A stretch of 64,000 nucleotides of DNA from assembly GCA_012295275.1 (NCBI GenBank), contig CM022665.1, positions 24,986,001 through 25,050,000 on the forward strand, in the 5' to 3' direction. Of the stretch, positions 1-14,825 are shown one piece after another (the stretch's first letter is position 1; each line of letters begins with the position of its first letter). This DNA is from Chrysomallon squamiferum (Eukaryota; Animalia; Mollusca). The notes beneath the pieces were generated by a model. It saw only the letters and a list, made by a program, of their open reading frames with translations. It ran no database searches and was not told the origin of the DNA. Made by a program: the position numbers and the translations under genes.

Positions 1-313
1 TTTTTTATTGATATTATTATTGTTATTATTATTGGGGGCTATGGGAGGAGGGTCTTTCATATTATTTCATTTCGGTCGCCAGAATCCAATCAAACATTCA
101 AGTGAACAAAATACACATTGTATATATTTGTTCGATTCACAAAGAAGAGCGCAAAAAGAAAATATGTTGCATTAACTGTTAGGATAAAAACTTCCATTAT
201 ACCGCAATAGTTTCGTAGAGATCACACTTGCTGAACGTAGCTTGTTTTGTGTCCACCTTTTTATATCTGAATTTATTGTCATATTGAATAATTCGGTCTT
301 AATGTCTGTTTAC

Positions 314-423
314 CTGATGCTGTCCAAGAAATTTCACGGAGCAAGGAAGGATGGCCGTTGTACCGGCTTTCACTGTGACATTGACCATAGGCACATCAAA
401 ACTGGGTTCTAGAGCAATGGCGC
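314..423 (-). CDS. Gene A exon 2: N-terminal part of Ig1 of an IgLON/DIP/Lachesin-like adhesion protein; gene continues beyond the left edge
   Basis: Acceptor ttttgcag| and donor CAG|gtaaac. 110 nt, phase 1 to phase 0. Translates (G)AIALEPSFDVPMVNVTVKAGTTAILPCSVKFLGQHQ, matching the P.F..P..NVTV..G..A.LPC.V..LG start of Ig1 in DIP/Lachesin-type proteins. 29/37 aa identical to exon 46357-46466. Confidence 0.93.
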
Positions 424-539
424 CTGCAAAAAGAAAACATATTACTATAGTATGAAAACAAATATCATTAGAGTGAGGTTTCTTTTTGTTGTTGTTTTTT
501 CGGGGGGGTTTATGTGGGTTTTTTGTGTGTGTGTTTTAT

Positions 540-561
540 TTTTATTTATTTATTTATTTTA

Positions 562-610
<49 letters not shown>

Positions 611-799
611 TTAGATTTATAAATTTATTACACGAGGATATTTCAGTGCATAGTTTTGTCTCCAAGATGAAGAATTTTAAATAATTGCTAAACTAACTGA
701 ATTTGGAATATATCATTCTCTTCAGCATCCTCCTCATCATTGTTGGTTCTGTTGTTGTAGTTGTAGTTGTAGTTGTAGTTGTTGTTGTTGTTGTTGTTG

Positions 800-855
<56 letters not shown>

Positions 856-1330
856 TTCTAAGTTATTTCCATTTCCGAACCTTTCACTACAAACACCTTA
901 TCAAAGGTCGTTGCCTTTATTCTTTATGCAGGACTATAAGATATTAATTTTATTTCTTTTTCGTTATTTTGGAAAAACAACCGTCAGTATTAAAATGAAA
1001 ACTGAGTCGTTAAATAAATATTTCTTCATTTAATTATTATTGCTGTATATGAGAAACAGACTATCGGAATATCAAAAATGTAATAGGAACAATATAATAA
1101 TAATAATAATAATAATCGAATGTTTTTTTTTTTTTTTTTTTAATTGTTGTTGTTTTATTTGTTTAATTTTATTTATTTTATTTTATTTTATTTTATTTTA
1201 TTTTATTTATTTTATTTGTTTTATTTACTATTATTATTTTTATTTGTTTCATTTATTTGTATTTATTTATTTATTTTGTTTTGTTTTTGTTTTTGTTTGT
1301 TTTTGTTGTTTTTTTGTTGTTGTTTTTTTT
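540..1330. repeat. Cluster of (ATT)n, (GTT)n and (TTTA)n microsatellites and T-rich low-complexity sequence
   Basis: Direct inspection. Confidence 0.9.
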
Positions 1331-2044
1331 GTTTGTTTAATAACTGAAGATTAAATGGTTAAATTATTGTAAACCCAGTTTTACACACCTTTTAATTAGA
1401 AAAAGAATTTATTTCTGTTATGTAATTAAAACATCACCAACAACAACAAAAGTAAAAAAAAAAAAAAAAAAAAAATCCCATATTTATTTGTCCATGCTAG
1501 AAGGTGACGTATTCATCAAGTCAGCCCATCTCGTGTCGTGTCGTGTTATGTCGACATATTCCGCTAGTCATACATGCAAACCGCTATGTAAATCGTAATC
1601 AATGGGGAATAAAACAACGAAGATTTATGCTTATTGATAGCAATCAAAACATGCCCTTGGGACCAGTCGGCAGTAACAAGTGAACGCTTATTCATTTGAT
1701 TATGCCACTCCATTGCTCGGCAATTACACACGCCTGCAGACCTGCCAGCCTGCTGAGAACATTCAGTAACGTCTGACGTTAAGTCGACAGGCAGCGTTTT
1801 AGAACGAAATGCAAATGACTAGACCGGTTACCACACGCGGTTTTCGACTGATACGTAACGGGATCGAAATGTTAAAATGTACGAGCTGTAATTAAACAAG
1901 CATTTTGTTTATCTATTTATTTATTGTTATTATTATCATCTTCTTCTTCTATATATTTTTTTAAAACAATTACAATTTTGTTTTCTTCATTATTAGATAA
2001 TTGTATTTAGGACCTGTTGTCATTAATACATCAATCGTTAGATT

Positions 2045-2046
<2 letters not shown>

Positions 2047-2094
<48 letters not shown>
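2047..2094. repeat. (GT)n microsatellite
   Basis: Direct inspection. Confidence 0.95.
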
Positions 2095-2097
<3 letters not shown>

Positions 2098-3353
2098 GGA
2101 ACAAAAACATCATTATAGGCACATAAATAAAAGGAAAAGACCTGACTTTTTATTATTAATATTATCATACATATTGAGATTACGAAAACAATTATAGGAA
2201 TATAAACAGTTTAACAAACCAACAGATAAAAAAAACCCCAGATACATGAACAAAATGGTGATGATGTTGATGACAGCAATAGCAGCAGCAACTTCAACAA
2301 CAACAACAACCACAATAATAATAATAACAACAAAAGTACTAGTCATAGTAGCAGTAACGATAATGATGATTATCATGATAAAACACTTTCACTCTCACTT
2401 TTTATAATGTTTATTTAAACCACACAAACAAAAACGACTACTGATAAATTATATTTGCCATGGAGGTTCTTCAGCGTTAGTTAGCAAAGGAGGTTTAACT
2501 ACGAGTTCGTTAATCAGTAATAACGTAAGACATCTGTGCTATTACCCAAGCTGCCTGCTAATTTCCATGTCAGGTTCGCTTCTGGATCTCCGCAGTCGGG
2601 GATATTACTGTTAGCAAGGCACTGAATTATTCAAGAGCTTCAACTAATCAACCTTCAGGGAATTCCATAAGATCGTTATGATTTATTAATGCTTGACAAT
2701 GATTTGATTCACGAGCTGTTGGGGGAATCATTCAAAATTCAATAAATGTCATTTCAGACGTACTGTTTTGGAAGAACAAGGAAATCCAGTCCGTTAACGA
2801 ATGTATACCTAAAGTTGGTGTACATGGGCGGACTGGAAAGTAACGATTATCAAGTAATTTGTTTGTTCTTGTTGACGCCTTATTACACGGCTCTTGGTAC
2901 TAAGTTTTAAATTTTTAATTCTGTAGATGGGTATTGATTGTCACCTCCACTCACATACTTACCTCTGTTTAACGCTTAAATGGCTTAAGTGTTATCGTGG
3001 TATCATTATACGTTGTTTATATATGTTTATTTATTCATTCAGTACAATGATAGCGTCACAAAAATCAATGAAAAAGGGAGCATGAAACAAAAACAAAGAA
3101 ACGAAAATGAATATAGTCTACGTTTTACTGAATACTGTTACTGAATGTAGATGGATAGTTCTTTTGGCTTTATAAATTAAAACCTAGTTCAAACCCTTTA
3201 AAATATCTAGTCTAAATAGTAAGATGCGCAAGTATTTCCAAAATGGAATAAGAATTTATTAGACGCATATATTTCTTAATTTCTAATTTCTGTTTTTATT
3301 TCATTTAAACATCAGCTTGCATTCACATATATACATACCTACGCACGCACACA

Positions 3354-3355
<2 letters not shown>

Positions 3356-3419
<64 letters not shown>
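3356..3419. repeat. (CA)n microsatellite
   Basis: Direct inspection. Confidence 0.95.
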
Positions 3420-3420
<1 letters not shown>

Positions 3421-3808
3421 TCTGCCATTCTCACAATTGTACAGTACATTAAATTCCCTTCGACTCTCTATTTTTCTCAATTCAAGCTGATGTGCTGAGT
3501 CAGACGTAAATTTGTCTGTCTGTGACAATAGACAGTTTATTCTTTATTATCCAAGGTGGATATCAGTATATTGCGGTCTTGTTTTCAAGGAAATAATGTG
3601 TTTTCAGGTCTGTTCTCTATCTTGTTGTTAGTAGCTAATATTTTGAGACGTACTAAACCATTTAGTCTCTCAGAAGGACTCAATTTCCTCTATTCTGATT
3701 ATCCACTAATGCACATTTGTAGACTGTGTCGACAGACTGACAAATTCTGTAACCAGTTAATAACTAGATCGTTGACCTAATGAATGGTTGGTTACATATT
3801 CCGCAAGA

Positions 3809-3812
<4 letters not shown>

Positions 3813-3901
<89 letters not shown>

Positions 3902-3983
3902 TGTGTGTGTGTGAGGCAGAGAGAGAGAGAGAGAGCTAATGAGAGAGACAGACAGACAGAAAGAAAGAAAGCGAGAGAGAGAG
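3813..3983. repeat. Compound (GA)n/(GT)n/(GACA)n microsatellite
   Basis: Direct inspection. Confidence 0.95.
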
Positions 3984-4430
3984 ACACAACAAGAGATATT
4001 ACAAATGAAGAACTAACGAGATACAAAGAAATTATAAATGAAGAAATAAATAGTTAATCATTTTAAAAATAATATCAGCATTTATTAAAAATAATGACAA
4101 CATAGATAGTTTTCTGAGTAAATAATAAATTTGATATATATAAACACATACGCACACATACACAAACACACGCAAACCCTCGCATACACACAACAAAAAC
4201 ACATGGGGATGAGAGTGTTTCTTTGTGTAGCTGTATATCCGTATTTGTATATGGTTGTTTTTTCTGTTCATGACTTACCGTTAATGTTTCTTCGTGTATT
4301 CGCATCTGTGTATTGCTCTGTTTATGACTGTATGTAAATGTGTCTGTGTTTCTGTAAGTTTATATATTTTGTGAAGTCAGTTGTTATCCATTCTTTAATA
4401 ACACTGATCAGATGGCAATAGATACAACCT

Positions 4431-4476
<46 letters not shown>

Positions 4477-7058
4477 AAATCCGGAAAGGATGTAAAGATC
4501 AATCCATTTTACTTTAAATTTAATTATCTACAGTGACGCGTTTTTGTTTTTTCTCAGCAGTTTATTTTGTACTTTTTTTGTATCATGTAATCTAATTTTC
4601 AGGTAAAACTAGTAGAAAATTAAAAGAAGAAAAAAAAAAAAGAAAAAGAAGAAAAAAATAACATTAGTGCTATCTGCTTTACAAATGTATGTATGTATGT
4701 ATGTATGTATGTATGTATGTATGTATGTGTCCGTGCATGCGCACGTGCGATACTACATGCGTGCGCATATTTATATGTTTTCATCTAATGAAAGCGGAAA
4801 CAACCGACTGTGAATATGCTTCACAAAACAATTCAGCCACTTACATATTAAAATAAAAATTGCTTTTATTGACGGATGCTATCGCTACATCCCTACGCCT
4901 TTGATGTAAAATCTATACAGATAAAAGAAAAATGACAAATGAAACTTAAAAATGCGTTAACTTGCTCCTGTGTCTGTAATTAAATTAAAGTTAACGCTAA
5001 TAGCCTATCCCAAGAACCGGTCATCAGTGACCATTTTACGAAAGAAAACTCGATTAAAAGACCAAAAATTAGCATCCCGTTCTTTCTCTTTTATAGTCGC
5101 TTTGTGGCACCTGACCCTTTTAATTAAGACTGCTTTGTATGCAACAGACCAACCCACCGGTTCCATTTAACAAGAATTGTCAAATTTTATTGTCATCCCC
5201 AGGTCACTCGAGACCGACTTGCAAGAACGGTTTCATGACCGGGCAATTGAACAAGTGACATTTGCTTCTTGAGATTGCCCGTTCCCGTGGAGTCATGAAT
5301 AATGTACGACAACCACAAAACAAAATAGTCCATTGGTGGCTTCGGCTTCCGAAAATTACATCAATTGCGCTTGTTAGATTAGAAAAACATATGGTTTCGT
5401 GAGATGATATTGGCTAGAATGCTTCCTCGCTAGTTCGGTCTCTGCTAATTTTTATGCTGGACACCTGTGTCTTGGTCTTGGAGAGGCGTGCGTGACAAGA
5501 AATATCTTATGTCGCTGCTAATTTGTCAACTTTGTCGCGGCGAAGAGGAAGAGCGAGGAACCGGAGTGTGTAATATTTTACATTACCCATTTCGTTTAGT
5601 CTGAAATGCAATTAGTTATTGGTTTTGACGGAACTGCAGTTTACGAGTCTTCTGAACTACTCAGAATAAAGTTCATATGGTATTACTTTGTTTCGCGGTG
5701 TGATTTATAGTTTTAGCTATCTTTCATATGCCTTCTATACCGTTTATGATTAAGGTTATTAAATATGGAAGGTGAATTTTAATGACTATGGTTTTGCCAA
5801 ATTTCAAATTTACATCTTTTCGATACTGTTTATGAATAAATAATTTTTTAGGCGTATGAATTTGGTGTTGACGGAAGGCCTTTATGTTTTACACGGTTCA
5901 GATGCTTAGGTATACGACTATTTGTTCCGTTGGGACTGCAGTTAACGTGTTCTCTATAATATTTTTTTAATAACGTTCATGAAATTCTTGCTTTTACTTA
6001 AGCTTATGTTTATTATTTTCACTGAATTACTTTATGCGATTTACAGTTTCTGAATAACGTTCGTGAATATAGCTTTCTCAGAATGTTCTCAAAGTATGTA
6101 TTTAGCATTTACCTATCAAAGGATATCTGTTTGACCAGTTCAATGATAAACATTAATAAAACACTGCTATACTGTTTTCAACACATTTCTGCGGTTCCTT
6201 AAAAGATTTACCGTAGTCAGAATTTTTTTTGAAGTTGTTACAACATATTACAGTGCAACAGCAAGCGTAGCAGATAACGTAGTTTTGTATACAGCTGACT
6301 TGTGAAACATTATTTTCTAGATATAGTCAATATAGTGTACATAGTCAATATCAGTCAACCAGTCTTAATGACATTATTCATTTATACTTCGTCTAGACTA
6401 AAACCGTTTTATAAATCAGAGAATACTCGAAACCATTGCCCGCGAACATCATATATGAAGAAATAATAACAATAATAATATTATTTATAATATGGTACTA
6501 AGATAAACCTTCAGCTTTTTGAAATAGCCACACAATACGGGGGCTAATTGTGTAACGGTCTTCAACTTTATTAATTGGTCCGCACACAAACACTAGCTAA
6601 ACAAACCAATCGTTTCCTGCGCTAAGATCTCTTGGCATTTCTCAAGACCATTTTGCCTGTCAGAAAAGCAAATGAACTCGTGGAGGGTTTCTGAAATAAA
6701 TCCACTCGATGACTTCTAATAGCCCTCTTCGTCATTCACAAATAAAGACTTCAAAAGTCACAAATGAAAGCTCTAACCGGCCTCAAAATATTAGAGACAT
6801 TTCATGGATCTTCGGCAATCATCTTGCAGTCTCTGTGGAATTTCATCTCTGGGATGAACGGCGTGGAGTGTTTCATCAGCTCGCCATAAATATGTATAAG
6901 TGTCTCGATAGCCCCTCCGAGTGATAGTAAAGTTAAATCTTTCTGTATGTATTATAGGTCAAACTTTATTTAGGTTGATCGTTCAAATACAGGGGGCGGA
7001 CAAAATATAATTACAATTTGAAAAATGAAAATGAGTGTTATTATGATGTGCTATCTAT

Positions 7059-7089
<31 letters not shown>

Positions 7090-8247
7090 TTATTTGTGGT
7101 TCGTGTATCTTGTTTTTCTGTCCTGTCACAGAAAGAGAGAGCAATAATGAAAGCTAAATAGATAGAGAGAAAAACAGAGACAAGAACGAAAGTAATCTTT
7201 TATTTATTTTTTTTAAAAAGAAAGAAAGAAATCATTAAAATGTCAAGGATATATAATGTCTCTTCCATTTTTTTCATTTAATTTAACTCATAATACACCA
7301 CATGGATCTAGAATACGAATTTGTGTCTGTGAGCCTTGTTTATGACTTTATTTCGGGTTTGACTGGTTTATTAAGATGTTTTGGTAATGAGATGTCTTGG
7401 GAATAAGTAAATAAATATACACGTGTCTTCAGCAAGGTTCCCCGGGCCTTCTAATTATTAGACATTAGATAGCAGTCATATGGGACGCCGACGCTTAATA
7501 TGTATTGATATTTGTTGTAGCTTGTAGATCTGATGTCGTAAATTTTATAAATAATTATTCTGATACGCTGCTGAATAGATAAGCACATAATATATTAATG
7601 ACATGTCAGCATATGTCCGTTATCAGGAACAAACGAGTAAAGAAATAATTTAGAACAAACCCACTGATATTATATTTCGATACACACACAAACGGTATCA
7701 CAAATGTTATATTTTTAACATACAGCAGAGAAGCACACACACGCTCGCACGCTCACACACACGTGCGTACAGACATACACACAACAAAACACATGTGAAC
7801 AAAGAGGATTACAATTATTGTACTGAATCACTCATACAAACACATGCAAGCACAAACACACAAATATAAATTAAACCACTTGTATTATATTTTGTACCTG
7901 ACCCTGACGTGTGGATTATTCCCTTCTTAAAATCTTGGTGACTTACGTCTGTTCGTAAAACGACAGAAAGAAAAATAATTTAGTTATAAAATAGAAATAA
8001 AATTCTTAGTTGATATCATCACTGGATATATGCTGTCTGGCAGCGATGTTCTACAGTACAAGAAAGGAGAAAAGCTAGATAATATTTCATAAACAAGAAA
8101 AATGCCCGTAAATAAATTCAGAGTAACGATCATTCCGAGCTACATTCAGTCGGTCTTATCGTAACCCAGTCGTAAGTATGGGACTATTGTATACAAATGT
8201 TCGGACATACGTCTGAATTAATTACATAATCCAGTTATTGTTATTGC

Positions 8248-8291
<44 letters not shown>

Positions 8292-8420
8292 GTATTAGTA
8301 TTAGTAGTAGTAGTAGTAGTAGTAGTAGTAGCAGGAGGAGCAGGAGGAGTGCTAATAGTAGCAGTCGTATTTTATTATTATCATTACCATTATCATTAAA
8401 TGTTTATCTCAGTAAATACA

Positions 8421-8855
8421 AAAGGGTATAGCACAACACAATACAACACAGTTCAGTACAAAACAATGCAATACAATACAGTACAATTCAATACAATAAT
8501 GTACAGTGCAATACAATACAATGCAGTATAATGCAGTACAGTGCATTACACTACAATACAGTGCAATGCAATACAGTACAATAAAATATAGTAAAATACA
8601 ATACATTACAATATAGTAATGCACAGTACAATAGAGTATAGTATTAAACAGTATAATACAGTACAATACAATACAACACAGTGCAATGCAATACAGTACA
8701 GTATAATACAACAGAGTACAGTACAGTACAATACAATACAGTATAATACAATACAATACATTACAATGTAATACAATACAATACAATATAGTATAGTACA
8801 GTACACTACATTATAATACAATATAATACATAATACACTGAAATTTAGTACTATA
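8421..8855. repeat. Degenerate pentanucleotide satellite (CAATA/CAGTA/CAATG/CAGTG)
   Basis: 5-nt periodicity visible over about 430 bp; explains the YCIVL-repeat ORFs. Confidence 0.9.
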
Positions 8856-9021
8856 TACAGTTTTGCAGTTTAACAAGGTAGATTTAATACTACTTTCACT
8901 ATTATCTTTCTAGAACATTAAGTCGATTAGCTGGATCACGAAGGAAAACGTTTCTTTCTTCCAGAAGTTTCTGTCTTCATCTTCTTCTTCTTCTTCTTAT
9001 TATTATTAGTTTTTTCGTGTG

Positions 9022-9059
<38 letters not shown>

Positions 9060-9736
9060 TGTTTGTGTGATCAGAACAATATATTAGTGACCGTTTTTAA
9101 TATCAAAGAGACTTCAGAAGTTCGTGATTATTCATCGGAAACGACTTAGCTAAAATTCTAACTACTGACTGACAAATTAGGCTTATTTGCATTGAATACC
9201 CCCCAAAAAGTATTAAAACAAAAAGAATAAAACGTTGAATCGGGAATGGATGATTATATAGGAATTAGAAATGAAAAGCTTAATGTTTCAAAACGAGAAG
9301 ATTTATGGCGAACCATGATTACTGTATACATTTTGATTAGTGTAACTAAACTAATTAATTCAGAGATCGATAGATCGTCTTTAAATAATTTCTTGGAACG
9401 AACCTTTCTCTGTTCATGTTTCATTTAATACGATGCAAGGGCATTTATATACATAGTTCTAGGATGTAATGAATAATGCTTTATATACAGCGGTCGATGA
9501 CAATTCTTCAGTTTCTCCTTTTTTTGTTCGAGAGGAAATATACAAAACGGACTGAACATAAAATAACCATTTATCAAAGTAATACGTTGAAAAAGAAGTT
9601 ACTAAAACTCGGATAGAGAAAAAAATGTATCAGTATATGAATTCGTTTACCGACTCAACTTTTCAACCAAGATGGAATAACTATGAATATTTTTTGACTT
9701 GTGAAACTTTTCTTCATAACTAAGAGAGTGGGGGGT

Positions 9737-9854
<118 letters not shown>

Positions 9855-10712
9855 ACATGAATTTCCAAAAAAATATTACCCATTAGATTAAAATATTAAG
9901 GCTGGAAATTTAATTACATTTTCCATTTAAACCAACGTAAATGAATTGGCAGTTTTTAAAATATATTATCTAGACTTATAATAGGCGAGTGTTATATTAA
10001 AGGCTGAGGTACGTGCCATCCTGTTATCCCGGAGGTAAACTGTAAGTGTAGCTCATAGAAGAATGATTGATATCTAACAATTAATATTGATATTGAATGT
10101 ATTCATATGTTGTTAAATGTCCTTCTTTCCGCACTGATAATTTAAGCTATAAGCAACATATTTAATAAACCTGGAAGGCTGAACATTACGATAATTTGTG
10201 AAAATATTCCAGCAAAGACCAATCAGTGATCAATAGTAATTTCTTTAGAGTTTGGTGCTGTTTTGCTTATTAATATCTTAGTTTCTAAATTTAAAAGAAG
10301 CAAACAAACAAACAAATAAATAAGTTAGTTAACTGCGAGAGAACGTTTAGTAATCAAATGATACTGAATGTTTTACTAAAATAGATTAATTGTTTTCATA
10401 TGAAAGTTTTAGAATAAACTATTAGATTATGACCCTGGAACAATAAAATAATATCATAAATTTGTTCTTTACTCAGTTTTATATAAAATGTGTTTGTATC
10501 GGGGGTTTTTTCTGGTTTTTTATATTTCTTTAATTTTTCTTATTTTAACTAATAACGAACTTTTTATCTGTAGCATCAGAATCATTAAACATAGCAGGAA
10601 GCAAAACAGAAACAATAATAAATAAATTAAAATAATAATAATAATAATAATAATAATATTTATTTCGACAAAAATAAATTGAACAAAGGGAAAATTAAAT
10701 AAGAAATCTTAC

Positions 10713-10788
10713 CTTCAGTATACAACCAATGAGGAAGCATTAACAGTATAACTGGAAATAATTCCATAATGTCTACAGCATGAAACAT
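10713..10788 (-). CDS. Gene A first coding exon: signal peptide
   Basis: ATG at 10788 with an in-frame TAA 18 nt upstream. Encodes MFHAVDIMELFPVILLMLPHWLYTE-G with a hydrophobic core. Strong donor GAAG|gtaaga in phase 1 matches the phase-1 acceptor at 423 (G+GC=Gly), giving a 10289 bp intron. Confidence 0.85.
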
Positions 10789-11439
10789 AGCCGTTGTTAG
10801 TGATTAATATTTTAACAACATCACCATCCGTTATCAATTGATGGGAATGTTCTCTTCATAACTTCAATAAAATAATTACATTCACCATCCTATCTAGTGC
10901 GTCAAGCTAGACAGTACAGACAAATAAGAGTTGGTTTCAAAAATTGAACAACTCTTTGCCAACATTCTGCTTGTTAGATTTCCTTTACGTGATAAAGAGA
11001 GACTAAAGTATATGTTTGGAATACTGTAATAGGTATATACAAGAAACCAGTGTAGTTGGATCAATGCTAACTTAACATTGGCATACAAGTGTGGGCACCA
11101 AGGTCCGCCTTATATTCATCAACGGAAATAATAATCATCCAATCACCATGTCAATTTTTAGCGTCACTTCAATTTGCTCTTGTGGTCAGTGGCGTTGAAA
11201 TGTCTTCATCTCTTGTTTCTTAAGCCGGACAGACGGCGAGGAGAAAATTTCTTTTTATATAACGGACTTGTAGATATGTTAGAAGATAGCGGTTTCGTTT
11301 ATACAGATGTAGCATTTCATGCAGCAATCAGCACACATCACTTTCTGCCAATCACTTCGTCTTTGTTATGTCAGCCTTATCTGTTTCACTTATCTTTGGA
11401 TCTATTTCAACGGTCCTGATTTTTTTTTTTTTTTTTTTT

Positions 11440-11479
<40 letters not shown>

Positions 11480-12726
11480 GATTAGCTGAGGATTGTATCC
11501 CGTATTGATCTGACCACAAAAGGAACATATTGTTGTTGCATTTGTTATCCTTGTCTCTTATTGTCGGCGCTGACATATGACATGTGATGACAAGTGTGCA
11601 TTGATTGTGTTTGCTGAATTGATTTTCTTGCACAATAGGGTACCGAACGTCTGAAAAGACCTGGCAAAGATAATAAATGAAATATTTAGATAAATTAAAT
11701 TATCTCCGACTTTTCTATGAGAGCAACGGCAGCACCGAGCGGTGGCCCAGACTTGTTTGGAAGCTAATTATAGTTTGCTCAAAATTTGGTTATTACAATG
11801 AATTGTTATCAGATGAAATAATTCAGTTTCATTTGGGCCTGTTGTATAGAATCTGTGGGTTTGTTTGTTGTTCTTATTGTTCTGTACTATTCTTCAAATA
11901 TGTATCAGTTACTGTGACGATAATTACTATTTATTTATACCGAACAAGAAATTCACATACTATATATTCATCTCGCATATTTATACATAAACAACAACAA
12001 CAACAAAAATAATAATAAAATAAAAAATAAAGCAAACTAATAAAGCAAACAAATAAACAGATGATTTACCATAAATCTGTAATAATTCCAAACAAAAGCA
12101 AATCACAACAAAACGTGTCGATTACGTCAGTGAATTGTGATGTCATTTTACCTTTCGCTGCCGTAAGAAGCAAATGTAACTATGTTAAATAAAACTTTAA
12201 TAATTATTAGAGCGAAAGAAAGAATCCTATTAAATGAGGAGATAAATCACCATAAGTAATTTATTTTAAATGTCTGTTTGTAAGTAATTGTGGTGGTTGT
12301 GATAGTGGTGGTAATGGTGGTGGTGGTGGTGGTAGTAGCAGCAGCATCTGCAGCAGCAGTAGTAGTAGTAGTTGGTGGTGGTAGAGGCAGAATAAAAAGA
12401 GGAAGTAAGTGAAATTGTTTGCTTATTCGTTTGCTTGTTTGTTGTTTGTTTATATATTAATAAATAAATAAATATATAAATAAATAAATTTAAAAAAAAT
12501 GGACTATATCATAATATCATAATAGATTAGAAGTAGTTACGGTTTAGATCTCGAATTTTTTTAAAGCTACTTTGATCCACTAAAAGTTTATAAAATTGAA
12601 TCTATAATTAAAAGTGCTGTTTAAAGTTTAGAATATTATTGATGTCCTTTGTTTTTTAAATGATGTGAAACAAACAAAACAACACAAAATAATAATGATA
12701 ACAACATCAGCAACAACAACAACAGC

Positions 12727-12771
<45 letters not shown>

Positions 12772-13491
12772 GATAACAACAACAACAATAATAATAATAA
12801 TGATAATGAATTAATTAATAACAAAAATGAAGGTCATCATCTGACATTTAGTTAGAAGTTACTAATTGTTTCTTTTCATAAACAGAAGACAAAACACTGT
12901 AAGATTATCTCTCTTTATTCTAAAAATGCATTTAACACAGTTCTTTTCGTACAAAGAACCACAAATACCAAATACAAAATTCACACACATTTAACACGCA
13001 CGTATCAACGGCCGTTTCTAAGAATATCAAAAAAAAAAAAAAAAACTTCATTAAGTCGAAGCAGCACCCAAGAATACAGCCATGTTTCTAAAGATATTTG
13101 TCGACGAAGACTTGCATGTCGAACTGATGATTTTGCCGTTTAACTCACGCTTTGCCACGAGGCAGATATCTTGTAGCGGCCACATTACCAGAAGTCAATA
13201 AGTTGTTGTAGAAATGTCGATATTTTATCAACGAGCTAATAAAATAACATCAGGTTTAATCACACATTAACTTGTACCAATATTGACACAGAAAACCAAT
13301 GCTAAGCGTCGTCAAGTATTTTCTTTTTTTTATCGATAACTTTTTGAATATCGCGTTCCAGGTGTGGTTTAATTAAAAAGGTGATTCAGGTAAAGTAAAG
13401 AAACGTTATTAAAGGATAGAAAGAAAGAAAATGAAGAAAAGTAAACATGCGATGATGGGGTGTGGAAAGAAATAAAGGAGAAAGTAACAAG

Positions 13492-13530
<39 letters not shown>

Positions 13531-14721
13531 AAAAAGAAAGAAAAGTAATAAGGAAGGAAGCATTTAAGGAAGGAATTAAGGAAAGAAAGAAAGAAAACAG
13601 ACAAAAATGTTAGAAGTAAAAAAACAAAGAAGAAGAAGTGTGAGATACGAGTAAAGAAGAAAGGTAAAATTGAATACAACGACAATAATTAAGCATGATT
13701 AAGGAATTAAGATATTGCATGTATTTCTACTGTAATAATTTACTATATCATTTTTAACAACAAGAAAAAAAAAAAAAAAAAAAAAAAAGAAAACCGCCAA
13801 TAATAACAAAAAAAACCCAGTAATAATAATAATAATAACCTATATATATATATATATATATTTACAACTTAAAATAAACTTTAAAAAATAAAAGAATTAA
13901 AAAACCCAGACACAGATAACAAATTTAAATAAATAAATTAATTAATTAATATTTTTAATGTTACTTTCGCTATTAGATCTATATACCAACACTTATTTTT
14001 TCTGAATCTAAAGCATTAAGAAAGATTTAGTTTCCAAATCTCATGCTTGATGAGATTCCTCAACTTTTATTAGATTTCAAAAAAAAATTATAATAATAAT
14101 AAAAAAATAAATAAAATACAAATAAATAAATAAATAAATAAATTAATATTATAATTTTAAAAAAAAATAAAGGAAGAGGAAATAAAAATAGCTTCTATTA
14201 AATTTATTTTACAAAAGTTAAAAAAAATATAAATATATAGGCCGTTTATTTAATACAGTATGCCGAAAACTGTCAAATGCATTTCTCTTTGTTCTCTGTT
14301 ACAAAGATTGATTTTTAACACAGTTTTTCAGGTTGTACAGATTGTTTGACAGTGTTAGTAATATGTCTCACAATAATGACATTTAAAACTGAAGGTAAAA
14401 TGAATTAAGACTTTAAATGAACATGGAGATCTGTCATGGAATGTTTGGAAAAAAATGTCTCAAGAGAGACGGTTATGAATGAGCAAGATTTTATCTTTCT
14501 GAAGCATGGTCCTCTGGGTGCTCGCTGTATTGAATTACTCGTTAAAAAATTTTTTTTTTTAAAAATTATATTTAAATAATAAAAACAAAAACAAATATAA
14601 ATGTTTTTACTCGTTTTCTCTCACTGATATTTTCTTTCTTTCTTCCTCCTTCTCAGTCTCTCTTTTTCTCTGTATCTGTTTCTTTTTTAAACTCTCTTTC
14701 TTTCTGTCTGTATTTAGTTTT

Positions 14722-14825
<104 letters not shown>

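Noticed and set aside
2955-3000. Consensus minus-strand donor GAG|gtaagt in gene A intron 1
   Set aside because: The phase-1 frame has a stop within five codons and there is no ATG or acceptor support.
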